Of a stretch of 64,000 nt of DNA, positions 1 to 12,125 are shown piece after piece; the first letter of the stretch is position 1, and each line of letters begins with the position of its first letter. A program made the position numbers and the translations under genes. Where the stretch lies: the NCBI GenBank assembly GCA_052426225.1, contig JBNJNM010000010.1, positions 930,001 through 994,000 of the forward strand, written 5' to 3'. Under the pieces are notes generated by a model. It did not search any database. It was not told the origin of the DNA and saw only the letters and a list, made by a program, of their open reading frames with translations. Source of the stretch: Zancudomyces culisetae HAW-14-8 (Eukaryota; Fungi; Kickxellomycota).

Positions 1-2315
1 AGTTATTTGAGCGTGGAAGTTTGACTATAAAGTCAATGGATGTAAATTGCCATGGGCGTTCTGGAATTGGTAACGGGGTGAGTAGTCCATAAGGCTTGTG
101 TCTGGAGTGCTTGGTTTTTTGACAGGTATCACATCCTTTGATGTAGTTGTTGATATACTGTCTCATTCCTTTCCGGTAGAAGTCTTTGGCAATTAGATTA
201 TATGTCTTGAACTGCCCTGGATGTCCAGCGGTAACTGCATCATGTCTGACCTTTAGAATTTCCAGTTTCTCTGATTCTGACTTGATTTCTCTGATCCGGG
301 CGTTTTGAATTTGGACCTGATTTATCCATAATTTGTGCGGGAGAAGTGTGGATTCAAACTTTTGTGGGTTTGCGTAGGGTTTCCCCTCCTTAGGAAGCAA
401 GTCGGTCCTCCGACTCAAGGCATCTGCTACAGGGTTTAAAGCTCCTGGTCTGTAGCAAAGTTTGAAGTCATACTCAGATAGGGTACCAGCCCATCTGGCA
501 TGTCTTTGTTTTAATATGCGTTTTGACCTGAAAAAGGTTAGGTTCCGATGATCGGAATAAATGGATATAGGGTGAATTGCGCCTGATAGGTAGTGTCTCC
601 AATGCTTGAGTGAGTCATCAATGGCTAAAAGTTCTTTGTCATGAACGTCGTAGTTCACTTCTGCGTCTACCAGCTTCCTGGAGTAAAATGCTACAGGATG
701 TTGTTTGTCGATAGATTCTGGATCTGGTTGTGTCAGAACTGCTCCGATTGCAAAATCTGAAGCGTCGGTCTCTAGAGTGAACGGTAGATTGGGATCGACA
801 TGATGTAGTATTGGAGCTGATGTTATCAGGTTCTTTAGGGTTATGAAGCGGTATTGCATTCTCCTGACCATTCAAATTTGATGTCCTTTTTGGTGAGATT
901 AGTAAGTGGTTTTGCTACTTTGGAGTAGTCCCTGATAAATCTTCTGTAAAAGTTTGCAAATCCTAGAAAACTCATGACATCTTTACATTCTTTGGCGTCT
1001 CCCAATCTAGGATACTGATTACTTTGTCTTTGCTCATAGATATTCCTTTATCAGATACGACAAAGCCTAAGAATTCGACCGATTTCTGATCAAATAGACT
1101 TTTCTCGAGTTTGGCGTATAGTCCATGCTGCCGGAGCCGAACTAGTACGTCTTTGACATGTTTTGTATGGGTATCTTGATCTGGTGAGAAGATTAAAATA
1201 TCATCAAGATAAATTATCACCGAGATATCAAGCATGTCACGAAAAATGTCGTTCATCATGTGTTGGAATATCGCAGGAGCATTAGTAAGACCGAAAGGCA
1301 TTACTAAGTATACAAAGTGACCGTATCTAGACCTGAATGCTGTTTTCCATTCCTCACCTGGCTTCATTCTAACAAGATTGTAGGCTCCCCTGAGATCGAT
1401 CTTGGTGAATATTCTAGCTGATGATAAGCGATCTAGAAGTTCTGTGATAAGTGGAAGCGGATATCTGTTTTTGACTGTGATTTCATTGAGTTCTCGGTAG
1501 TCCACACACGGCCTTAGCCCTCCATCTTTCTTGTTCACAAAAAATATTGGTGCACCTGCAGGCGATTTGCTAGGTCTGATAAAACCCTTTTGGAGGTTTT
1601 CTTTGATGTATTCTTCAAGAGCTTTTAGTTCTGGCCCAGATAGGTTGTATATTGGTTTGAACGGTGGTATTTTGTCTTTGTCTTGGAGCGGGATTTTGCA
1701 GTCATAAGGTCTTAGGTTGGGTAGCATATCAGAATTCTTTTTTGAGAATACGTCAAGATAAACTTGGTATTTGATTGGTAGTGTAACTACGGTGTCTTCT
1801 GTATCAGTTGAGTGGTTTACTACTTGAATTTCATGTTTGTGTCTGAATTGTAAATTCAGTTGGTGCCAATCTATCTGAGGATTATGTTTTCTTAACCTTG
1901 GTAATCCAAGGATAATAGGTTGACTGAGGTTTTTGACAATATTGAAACTGAGAATTTCTTTGTATTTATTTATGGAGACCTGAGTTGCTTTGGTCGTTCT
2001 TGTTATTACGCCTCCCTGAGCATTGCTGTTGTCTGCTAATACTAGCTTATAAGGCTTTGCTAATACTTTGGGTTGGAAGTTGTGGTTATTTGCAAACTCC
2101 AAACTCATGAAGTTTCCTGTTGCGCCTGAATCTACAAGTGTATATGTGTGAATATCTATATTATAATTTAAACTAATATTAATTAAAAACTTATTTTTTG
2201 ATTAAGTAAATTTTCTATTTTTTATAGTTGTTTTTGGTATAAGTAAATTGCTAATAAAATAAGAGGAAGTATTATTCTCCATGTCCCTCATTCCTGAAGA
2301 TTCTTGGTGTTTTTT
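1..2315 (-). pseudogene. Gypsy pol (PR-RT-RH-IN), disrupted
   Basis: ORFs 2202-2441 and 972-2108 are in the same frame, separated by one TAA. Frameshifts occur below 972. Confidence 0.9.
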
Positions 2316-3786
2316 GCCTTGAGTTTCTCGGAAATCGGTGAATCTGGCAGAACTATAGACTTCTGAAACATTTTCTTTAACTGTTTCATTTTTCTGGGAC
2401 ACTCCTTCAATGAATGATTCGGATTCGCACAGTAAAAACAAAGTTTGTTATATCTTCTGTGATCTCGCTCGTCCTCGGTTAGCCTCTTGGTTCCAATAAG
2501 ATCGATGTCTGTTAAGACTTAAATATTTTAGAACATTTATTTATTACATTAATTATTTAGAATAATATGGTATTCAATAGTGAATAAGATATTTTTCTCT
2601 AAAGTTCTCTTTCGATGGATTTCGAAAGGGTTTATATACTTTTACTTCAGAGATTTTTCCATATAAAATTTTCTTAAGTAAAGTTGCTATCAACTATAAA
2701 TTTGACTCTTAAACTTATGAGTAACTGATGTGATTAACTACCGTGAGTTTAGTGTGTCAATGATTGCGTCATTCATGTTATTCTGACGATTCTTTGAATT
2801 ATTAGTTTCGGAATTCTATCTAGGTTCATATTTCCTAAAATGGTCTGTGAATAATATTATAACAAATTTCATCGCGAAATTCATTTTTTACTTGACTTGG
2901 TTAGATTAATTTAATTTTTGTACTTAGTTACATTTAATTAATTTGTACTTAGTTACATTATAGTAATTTGTATATGGTTACAATTTCATTTTGTAACCTA
3001 CTTGATTTGGTCATGGAATTATAATAAACATGAATTTATTTAATTTAATTTAAAACAATTCCTAACAATGTCCATACTTTCCGTGTCCTTTCTAGAAAAG
3101 GTTCTGTTCGGGATCCATGGTTCTCTTCTGAGTCTCTCTGTGCGTCTCTGAGCAATCCTGTTATCGATCCTGATACATAGTGCTGTGTATAATTCAAAAT
3201 CCCCTGGTATTCTATCCATTGTGGATAAGGTGTCCTTTATTTCATCATTGAGGCCGTCGTAGAAGAGTTTAATGAGCGCGGCTTCGTTAAAGTCTGCTTC
3301 AAGTGCTATGCTCTTGAAGAGTGTGGAGTAGGTTAAAAAATTTGATGTTCCTTGCCTGATCTTTGAAAGCCTCATTTGTGCTTTCCATGTGGAATTCGGA
3401 TCACCGTACGTGTGTCCGAGAAGAGCAAAAAAGTTGTTTATATCCAAGAGTGCCGGGTGATTTGATTCCTCCAGTGTGCGGAACCATGTTTGAGCATTGT
3501 CTGTTAAAAGGGTACCGATGTACAGTACCTTGGAATCGGATGATGGAAATCTGGATGGCTGAAGTCTGAAAACGGTCTTGACAGTAGACATAAAGTTTTT
3601 AATATTGTCTTTCCTGGCACCAGAAAACTTTTCTGGCAGAGCAACATGTGGTTCTGGGGCGGGCATGTTTGTACTGGCGAGTTGCTGTCTCTGAAGATTG
3701 TCTACCTGGTTTGACAGTGCTGATATTTGAGCCATTAGAGCTTTTACTAGCTCTATTTGAATATTTCCTTCTTGAGTTTCTTCCAT
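2288..3786 (-). pseudogene. Gypsy gag interrupted by a solo LTR
   Basis: PEKFSG capsid motif. Removing 2510-3067 plus one TSD copy restores ...MDIDLIGTKRLTEDERDHRRYNKLCFYC... through to TGA at 2288. Confidence 0.9.
2510..3067 (-). mobile_element. Solo LTR with 5-bp TSD ATGTC
   Basis: TGTTA...TAACA termini; ATGTC at 2505-2509 and 3068-3072; shares a GGGTTTATATACTTTT block with LTR 3818-4220. Confidence 0.92.
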
Positions 3787-3803
3787 GGCTTTCTTATATA
3801 AAG

Positions 3804-3897
3804 AGTGAAAAATATGATGTTAGAACTAGATATATTTTATTAATAACTTGATTTAAGAAAAATATTAACTTTATTAAACTAAAATATATTTTTCACT
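3804..3897 (-). promoter_or_regulatory. Tf1-type self-priming PBS and complementary transcript 5' end
   Basis: AGTGAAAAATAT (3804-3815), just inside the LTR boundary, is the exact reverse complement of ATATTTTTCACT (3886-3897), which lies ~30 nt downstream of the TATA. Confidence 0.7.
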
Positions 3898-4506
3898 GAC
3901 AATTTCCACAACGAATTTCGTTGGGTTTATATACTTTTTCGTCAGCGAAAATTTCATGAAAAAAACCAAGGTCGCAAGAGCTTGTTTATCGAAGAAAAAT
4001 ATTTTCTTACATTGTATACATACAAGGAGTTGACCTATATTGGCTTTACGATTTATAATTTCTAGGGAATAGTTATCATTGAGTTGTTTTGGTTTTTTAA
4101 AAATTTAAAACTTACTCGAAACTTGAATTGGTATTAATTTATTACTAGAATGTCATTATCATATTGAACTTATTCTTATATTAATATCAAATTATTTTTA
4201 AATACATAAATATTGTCACAGAACGAGTTTTATTAGTTAAACAGGTTGTATTTTTAAGGAATTACAGCTAGGCAAATGAATTTATTAAATACTAAGTAAA
4301 TATTAGAATAAATGTTATTGAGGTTAGATGTCACCTGATTGGCCATGACAATTATTTATTAAATATTATATTCAATTATATAATATATGGGATAAAATAA
4401 CTTTAAGTATCAAATAATTAATTAATTTACATCAAAACTGTTATGAATTAGTTATATATTTTAGCTTAAATAGTTTTAATTAATATATTTATAGATTACT
4501 AATATA

Positions 4507-4690
4507 ATTGTAACGTGAACACGCAACGTTACAATCACAATATTATTAACGTATCATGTTAACGTGATTAATCACGTTAACATCTAGGATAAAAACTCCC
4601 AACGGGATTAACATCAATGTAAATGTCTGGATGTGATTAACATCCTGAAACATCACATAATGTTAAGTAACTTCATGCATATGAAATATT
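4507..4690. repeat. Cluster of palindromes/inverted repeats (probable LTR remnant)
   Basis: Perfect 28-bp palindrome at 4556-4583 (ATGTTAACGTGATT|AATCACGTTAACAT); 10-bp stem 4507-4516/4526-4535. Confidence 0.75.
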
Positions 4691-5449
4691 TTGTCTTATT
4701 TTTCACCTGTCTCTTCACGTATTTAAACCCCAACAGAAATCGTCGATGGAAGAGGCAGTGAATAATATCATCTGCATTAGGAAGTTAATATTCTTCAAAA
4801 TTATATTATAAATAAACTCTAATAAAACCTAATAAAAACAGACTGTTATGATTATACTATATTGTTCTAATTGGTTTTACTTCAAGTGATTATTTATAAT
4901 TTTAGAAATTCGGTATTAGTACCTATTAACTTTATTATATTAATGAAAAAATTTATTTTGAAACTGTATATTAAATTTATATTTATATGATATTATAATG
5001 AACTAACCAATATGAATAATAATCAATTTAATTAGTTAGTACATAAACCTTTACCAAAGCTTATAGTAAACTTTAAGTCTTTTAATCTCGTTTATTTAGT
5101 AACTATACTATTACAATAAAGACAATCATAACAGATATATTAACTTCTTATAATATAATTTCACCTTTAGTTTAAGCTTTAAATAATTTTAATATTGAAT
5201 ACTCATTTTATTTGAACGATGTAGAAATTGACGCTAGTACTGTGCTTATTAACTTTTAAATTACGATATTTGCAGCCTAATTGTAGAATAATATTAATAG
5301 CAATTAGGTTGGCAAAAATTAAATTATAATATTAAGTAATCATTTATTGAATCTAGTTAATTAAATAATGCGTTAGGCAATTTAATAATCTTCATCAAAT
5401 TACGTGCGTACTATTTAATCTCCATTTTGTAATCACTGTGAACTTATTT

Positions 5450-6995
5450 CGTTTTGATGAGCAGGTATTGGGTGGATAGGTGAGGATCTAGCGTATTTTT
5501 CTACTATGTACAACTAATATTAGTATATTTATATACAATCAAACAAATATTGTACTTCAATTTAAAAATACGCTAGGTGTTTATTCGTAGTTAGATTTAA
5601 ATACCAATTCAGCTGGGTTACTTTTAGATTGCCGCGATATACGATAGAATATATCGAATACGACCCGAGATGACAAGTAACCATAAGAATGTTGTTACCC
5701 AGATTAGCTCCCGCTTATATAGCTTCTGCCAATTTAAGTATCCTAGCCTTCGGATTATACAATCTGGAGCTAAATTTAATAGATATAAAAATAGTTTATG
5801 TGTTTGCTTATCCTTTGAGAATCTGATATTGTATTCTTATTCTTTAGATTTCTAATATTTAAACTGATTAAATTGTTATGACTTGGGTGTTGATGTGCGA
5901 TGTTGAATGCAAATGAAGTATAATTTTTTTTATAGCTAGAATAAGTTGCAACGGGACACATGTAGTCAACTGGATGCTTCTGAATAGATCCCGACTTGGT
6001 AGTAGACAAGCTCATACGCTTCTCTTTGTGCTGGATAACAACGAGGTTAAGTATGTCGTTAATCATATTAATCTTCGAGTCGTCGATTCTTTCGGTATCG
6101 CTGTGACGCATGAAACCGCACATCGCCAGCAGAAAACAAAGCTATCGATTCAGGATTTCGAGAGAAAGAGTGTCGTTGTTGCCCCATATTTCTAGAGTTG
6201 ATACTAAAAATGATATATCAAAGTTATAAGAGATAGATTAAATATTTGATTAGCTGTGAAGGTTTAATACACTCCTTATAAAGAGTATCGTTCACATTGA
6301 AGTCCCTAAAATAGGAAATGCTCAGGACGGCTATATAGTAGAACTTAATAGTTTTGTATGACCCGTTAAAGTTAGTGTGACCATCACACAAGAAGCTGAT
6401 GAGGTCTACATAAGCGAAATCGGATGCAGATGCTCCACGTTCATCGCAAAAACTTGATGAACTTTCGTTAGATTCGGAAGTAACGTGTATTTAAGTGGGA
6501 GATACGTTGATTTTCAGTAAAAAGAGCTACGATGTTGTCGTTTAAACCCTGCTTGACATACCGAGCTCGCTTAATCTCCACGCGGCGAGCTTCCATCTCT
6601 TGTTATTGTTCATCAGTCGCTTTCCGCTTGAGGGGTCTGCTAGTACCTCTCTAGCAGGAATTAGCAATGGTGTCGCAACTGATAAACTCATCAGGTCTGG
6701 GAACCACAGGCCCGACTTCCAGTAGGGAGTGATCAGAGTCACTTTAACTATTCCGGATCTTCTGGATTATCTGAAGGATCAGATTCCAGGGGGTACAGAT
6801 GTATGCATAGTCCCATACATTCCAATGGTGAAGCAGGGCGTTCGTTGCAACTGCTTAAGGGTCCGGATACCAGCTCATGTACCTCGGGGCCTTCCGGTTC
6901 TGTCGAGATGCAAACAGATCGATGTCGTGGGAACCGAACATCCGATCTATCCTAGATAACATCTGATTTGACAGCTCCCACTTGACTTGTGCTGA
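5450..6995 (-). mobile_element. DIRS-like tyrosine-recombinase retrotransposon 3' fragment (MT-like domain + YR), degenerate
   Basis: LITPYWKSGLWFPDL (methyltransferase-like domain); YR motifs CGFMRHSDTERID and YMCPV; 13-bp inverted repeat 5488-5500/5564-5576 downstream. Confidence 0.82.
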
Positions 6996-7449
6996 GAGTG
7001 TTATGAAGCCACTACCATCATACAATGTTTTATATTAAATACAATAATTTTAATTTCATTAATTACTATACATGTGTATCATATTATTAATCCTTTATTA
7101 TTTATAATATTTAATTTTTATAAATCTTAGTTTTAATTAAGTATATTGATAAGCATCGAATATTTTTATGTAACTTATTAATAAAATGTATAAAATTTAA
7201 TGTTTCTATTAGACCTTAATAAATACTATTTATTCGTTATAGTATAATATATTATTTATCCAACATATTTAAAAATATATTAATATAATTCGTTTTCATT
7301 ATATTTAAGTTTGTCAATCTCGTTTAACATTAATAAATTATTATTAACTAATAAAATATATAATAAGTATGTTATTAACTAGTATAAATAATAATAACTT
7401 TATCAATTAACTATGTATTAAATAATTAATATAAACAATAATGTGTATA

Positions 7450-8550
7450 ATATTGGATCCACTCCTGGTACAGGGACACGTTGGCGGTAGCCTTCAACAC
7501 ACTTCGCTACAAATGGATCCCATGGCGGAACCTTTACATCTGTCCGCCATGGAACTTGATACCCTAGGTCATCCAAAAGGTCAGGAGGGAGAAACTTTCC
7601 GTGACCTTGGTGACCCCATACTGGAAGTCGAGCCTTTGGTTCCCGGATCTCAGGGCCCTGTCGACCTCCAGTTCACTTCTGATCCCTGCCCAGGAAGTTC
7701 TAGCAGACCCCTCAAGCGGAAAACGCCTCATGAACAAGAAAAGAGCTGGAGGCTAGCCGCTTGGAGGTTAATCGGTCACACTATGTCGAAGCGGGACTCA
7801 ACGATCATGCCCTGACGCTTATTATCTGTAATCACAAGTCTATCCATCTTAATAGACGTTACCTCCTAGCTCAAAGGAAGTTTTTAGCTTACACCAGTGA
7901 GTTATCCATCACTATAGACAAGGTCTCCGCTTCAGACGTTATCAACTACTTATTGGATGGATGATATAACTTAAAATGATCCTATAACACGATTAAATAC
8001 AATAGTGCAGCTATATCTAACTTGCTACCAGACAGAAGGATCATTAACGACAGTTGGCTGTATAAAGAGTTTATTCAATCAATTAACACTTTAAAAACTA
8101 TTAATCTATCTTTTAATCACATGATATAACACCTATAGCTAAAACTCTAAGGAACTGGGGACCTAACACTCAACTTAGTATCCATAGGCTTACTCAGAAG
8201 CTTTGTTTCCTTCTCGGTATATGTGGCTTCATGAGACCGAGTGACATTGAAAGGATTGACCAAAGCATGACGACAGTGACAGAAAGATTTATAAGGCCCA
8301 CGGTTGTGGAACCTAAAGAGAAACGAATGGGCCTATCCATCACCAAGACAGTCACTATCCACAAGCATTCACTCGCTTACCTATGTCCAGTGCTAACATA
8401 AATCAAGTATGTTAACAGATTGGGTCCAGATGCATTTACATCTTCATCACCCCACCCTAGGAACAACAATACCAACATTGTCTACCTCATCAGGGCGATC
8501 AACAACAAGAACAACAAAATCGGAGCACAGAGGATCGGTAAACATATACA
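7450..8550 (+). mobile_element. DIRS-like fragment (MT-like domain + tyrosine recombinase), degenerate
   Basis: Translates to LYICPPWNLI...LVTPYWKSSLWFPDL, then CGFMRPSDIERID and YLCPV; homologous to the inverted copy at 5450-6995. Confidence 0.82.
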
Positions 8551-9603
8551 TTGTCAAGTAAAATTTACGAATGTTATTATATACACTTTATTATGGCTAC
8601 ATTCTAATTATTAATTATTTAAAGGTTTATATATTGGAAATGGATATTAGGTCATATAATTACACATTAGTGCTTTTTAATAATAAAGTGAACTTCATTC
8701 AGAAATTAATACAGTTTAAATTTACAATAATCTTATACTTTCAATATTTATCATACTAAACTTAATTATCTTAATCATTATGCTATTTTACAAATAATAG
8801 CACTCATAAATATATAATTTATGTGATATATTTTAATACAGACTTTTAATAGATTAATAATAAGAAATTAATTGAATTTTTACTAATATAATAAATCGTT
8901 TTAATTAGCAAATCATATTCTTGATGAATACTATATAGCAATTTATACTATACGAACTATCCTTAGTAAATTGAAAATTAATATAATAATATGTACATTA
9001 TAGGATTAATCTTATAAATCTATTAATCAATTTAGGCAACACGATATTGTTAAACAAAATTAATGATTATGGTATTTAGAATATGGTAGAATTCAATTAT
9101 TAAAATATTCAAGTAATATGCAATTTATATATTAGTTTGATTTATTTAATAATTATATTGTCATTATGTCTAACAATTAAATATATTGAATATTTGTAAA
9201 TACATTAATATAATTATCATTATCTACTATGAAATCCTAATTTTTAAATATATGATTGCTTGAGTAAAATTATGTTAATTCTAATCGTATAAATTTATAA
9301 ATCTTCATTAGATACTAAAAACATTAACCCCAAAAACTTATTTAAATATCCAAAATTTAGAAATTTCGTAATCAGCAATTGGAAACTCAAATTTATTCAA
9401 TTGTTCGAATTCAGAACTATAATTTATTTGAAAATGTAGGGGTTAAAAGTATGATAAAATAATCTTAAAACAAAAACAAAATGAAAATAATAGTATATAA
9501 ACTGTCTGTTTTTCCAGTTTTCTTGAGTTCCTTACCATCTTTTCTTTCGCTAGGTACACAACCAGCATTTATATACATATAATAAATATAAATAAAGTCA
9601 ATC

Positions 9604-11165
9604 ATGAATAATGCAAACATTTCGCAAGAAATGCTTCAGGAAATCCTCAACAGGCTTACTGTTCTGGAGGAATCAGGTTCACAGCAACAGGCAGCATCAG
9701 TCCCAGAGTCAGTGGATATGGATCCGCCAGTTTCTCATATTACAGAAAGGCCACAGCCCGCCGACATGGAGCTTTACAAAGAGCTCCAAGAAGCTCTTCC
9801 AACCGTTACGGAAAACTTCTTCAAGTCCCCTCTGTCCGACATCAATCGGAAGAAGTTTTTTGCCGCCGTCCCCAGAAACTCCGCCATGGACAATGACCCT
9901 CCCGCGGTCAATGTCAAGTTGTCCAGCTCTGCCAAACGCACCGACGCCGCCATGTACGATGCGCAGTACAGGTTATCGGCAATCACCAGGCCGATTGACT
10001 TCTTTGTGCATGAGTGCATTCAGGGTGGCAGCCAAGTGCCAGTCTCCAAGGTTATTGAGTTTGCCAACTCAATCAGGATTCTCTTGGCTGATGCGGCAAC
10101 GCACCTCAGCCAGTGCAGAATCAATCAGGCATACAGAGATGCGGATGTTGAAACCGACACGCCGCAACTCTATCCAGAAACTAAGAAGTCCCTTGTCGAC
10201 ACAAGCCAGATTGTCAAAGCAAAGGCCAGCCAGAAGTGGCCCAGAGGGCACTCAAGAGCTACCAGCCACGCAGGCCCAGATACACCGGTCAGAGAGCATT
10301 TCCAAGCCTCATGGGAATGCAGCAAGGCCAGCAACCACAGATCCAAGAGCTACAGCAGGTCCAGGAGCCGAGGCTGCCCCGTTTCAATGCTCCTAAGAAT
10401 AATTTTCGGGGTGGCAGCAGCATCAGACCCCAAGCGTAAGGGGCAGACTGAAGCTCTTCCAGGAGGCATAGAAGAAGCTTACCGATCACCAGTGGGTACT
10501 CCAGGTGATCAAGGAAGGGTTTCGTATCCCCTTCAATGCGCATCCTCCCACGGTCAAGCAGCCAAAGCCGTGCGTGAAGGACTTAAAGAAACTTCCGGAA
10601 AAGGTCGTCGAGCAGGAGATTACAAGTCTCCTCTCCAAAAAAGCTATAGAGGAAGTTTCAGCAGCGCAGTCAGGATTCTTCTCAAGAACATTCACCGTCC
10701 CAAAGAAGAATGGAGGAACACGGATGGTCCTCAACATGAGACCTTAAACCAGTACATCCCCGAGCAGCATTTCAAGATGGAATCGCTCAAAACGTCTCCA
10801 GAATGATCCGCAAAGGGGATTATATGACCAGCATAGACCTCAGCGATGCATTTCTACACGTATTGATCAACAAAACGTCAAGAAAATATCTCAGGTTCAC
10901 GTGGGGCCATTGCATCTACCAGTACAGGGTACTGCCATTTGGTCTGTCCTTAAGCCCGCTATTATTCACCAAAATACTAAAGCCAGTTCTCAAGTGGGCC
11001 AGAGCTCGAGGGATCCGAATCTCGAGCTACTTGGACGATTTGCTGGTCTTGGGATCAACCAGAAGCGAGTGTAGCAAGTACACTACGATGGTTGCAAACA
11101 AGCTAGCCAAATTAGGGTTCATTTTAAACAACGAGAAGTCGTCAATGAACCCTAAGCAGTCTATC
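9604..11165 (+). mobile_element. DIRS-like gag and RT fragment, truncated by an LTR at 11166
   Basis: Gag-like ORF from 9604; RT motifs FSRTFTVPKKNGG, EQHFKMES, SIDLSDAFLHV, YRVLPFGLSLSP, YLDD; frameshifted. Confidence 0.85.
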
Positions 11166-11753
11166 TGTCATGAGTGTTATACCTAAATACTTATATGTTA
11201 TTATTATTATATTAATATTTTATTGCTAAAGTTTCAAAAACAATAAATTCTTAATTTCTAAAACTAAAATAATTGTCTAAAAAAAATTACTGAAAATTTA
11301 ACCAATTAAATTAATGACATGATTGGATCATGACATCACCCCAGTCTTAAATCCTCTTTAAGGGTTTACTTGGCTTGTTAGGATTATTAATGTGGAACAG
11401 ATTGATTAAGTGTGAGGCGTGAACATACTTCTAGTTCTCCCAGGTACAATCTTCTGGTCCATATCCGTCCCAGTCAATCAAGTATTTCAACTTTCCACGT
11501 TCGATCTTAGAATCAAGTTTATCTCGAACTATATACTCCTCATGTCCATTGATAGTGATGGGAGGTGGAGGCGATTGCGATCGTGAGGTCATCTTAGCGT
11601 CTTTGACAAGTTTGAGCAGTGAAACATGGAGAACGGGATGTACTTTCATGGAAGGTGGTAGTTCCAGTCTAGCAGCAACTGGGTTAACCATTTCAGTAAT
11701 GGTAAATGGCACAGTATATTTGTAGCCCAGCTTAGCCGATGGTCTTTGACAAG
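11166..11753 (-). mobile_element. Chromovirus 3' end: integrase C-terminus with chromodomain, PPT and 3' LTR (11166-11335)
   Basis: HPVLHVSLLK followed by chromodomain EEYIV...YLIDWDGYGPEDCTWE; LTR with 8-bp inverted termini TGTCATGA/TCATGACA. Confidence 0.85.
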
Positions 11754-12125
11754 TGTCAGGACTTGACAACTGAGTGATATTATTATTTAATTTATGTTCG
11801 ATATCTATAGTTAAAGAAGTTGTTATTTATTAGCTAAAGATCTTTAAAATAAAATCACTAATTATTTATAGTTTTAAAACTCACTTTAAATTCAAATATA
11901 ATATAACTACTATATATAACTAAGCATGTAACAAACAGCACAACTCGATACTAAATGTAATTTAATAATGAGTTGGGGGTTGGGAATTTGAAAAAGAATG
12001 TGAACTAATTTTGGTTTACCCAAATTGTGGATAATTTCCTTTTTCTCAAAATGTTGTTAATTTTGATTTTACCCAAATTTAATTTTATTAGGGTTTTCCC
12101 AAAATGTCATGATTGGATCATGACA
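11754..12125 (-). mobile_element. LTR of a related family truncating the chromovirus integrase
   Basis: TGTCA...TGACA termini; terminal CATGATTGGATCATGACA identical to 11318-11335; no matching TSD. Confidence 0.6.

Larger units (their letters stand above)
1..4220 (-). mobile_element. Degenerate Ty3/Gypsy (Tf1/sushi-like chromovirus group) LTR retrotransposon: 5' LTR, gag and pol; runs off the window start
   Basis: Gag 3786->2288 (split by a solo LTR) with CFYCANPNHSLKEC zinc knuckle. Pol has protease LVDSGA (~2140) and RT motifs ([25 protein letters not shown]), followed by frameshifted RNase H/integrase sequence to position 1. Candidate 5' LTR 3818-4220 (TGT...ACA) with TATA at ~3930. Confidence 0.92.

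Noticed and set aside
6390-6450. CTGATGA...GAAA resembling a hammerhead ribozyme core
   Set aside because: Stems II and III do not pair, and the segment is antisense to DIRS recombinase coding sequence (VDLISFLCDG).
9571-9588. 18-bp identity ATATACATATAATAAATA with 24801-24818, both shortly before an ATG
   Set aside because: Low-complexity AT sequence; a chance match is plausible.
7000-9600. Extremely AT-rich tracts as evidence of RIP-like mutation
   Set aside because: Adjacent TE coding fragments keep normal GC, and no dinucleotide bias can be shown without alignments.
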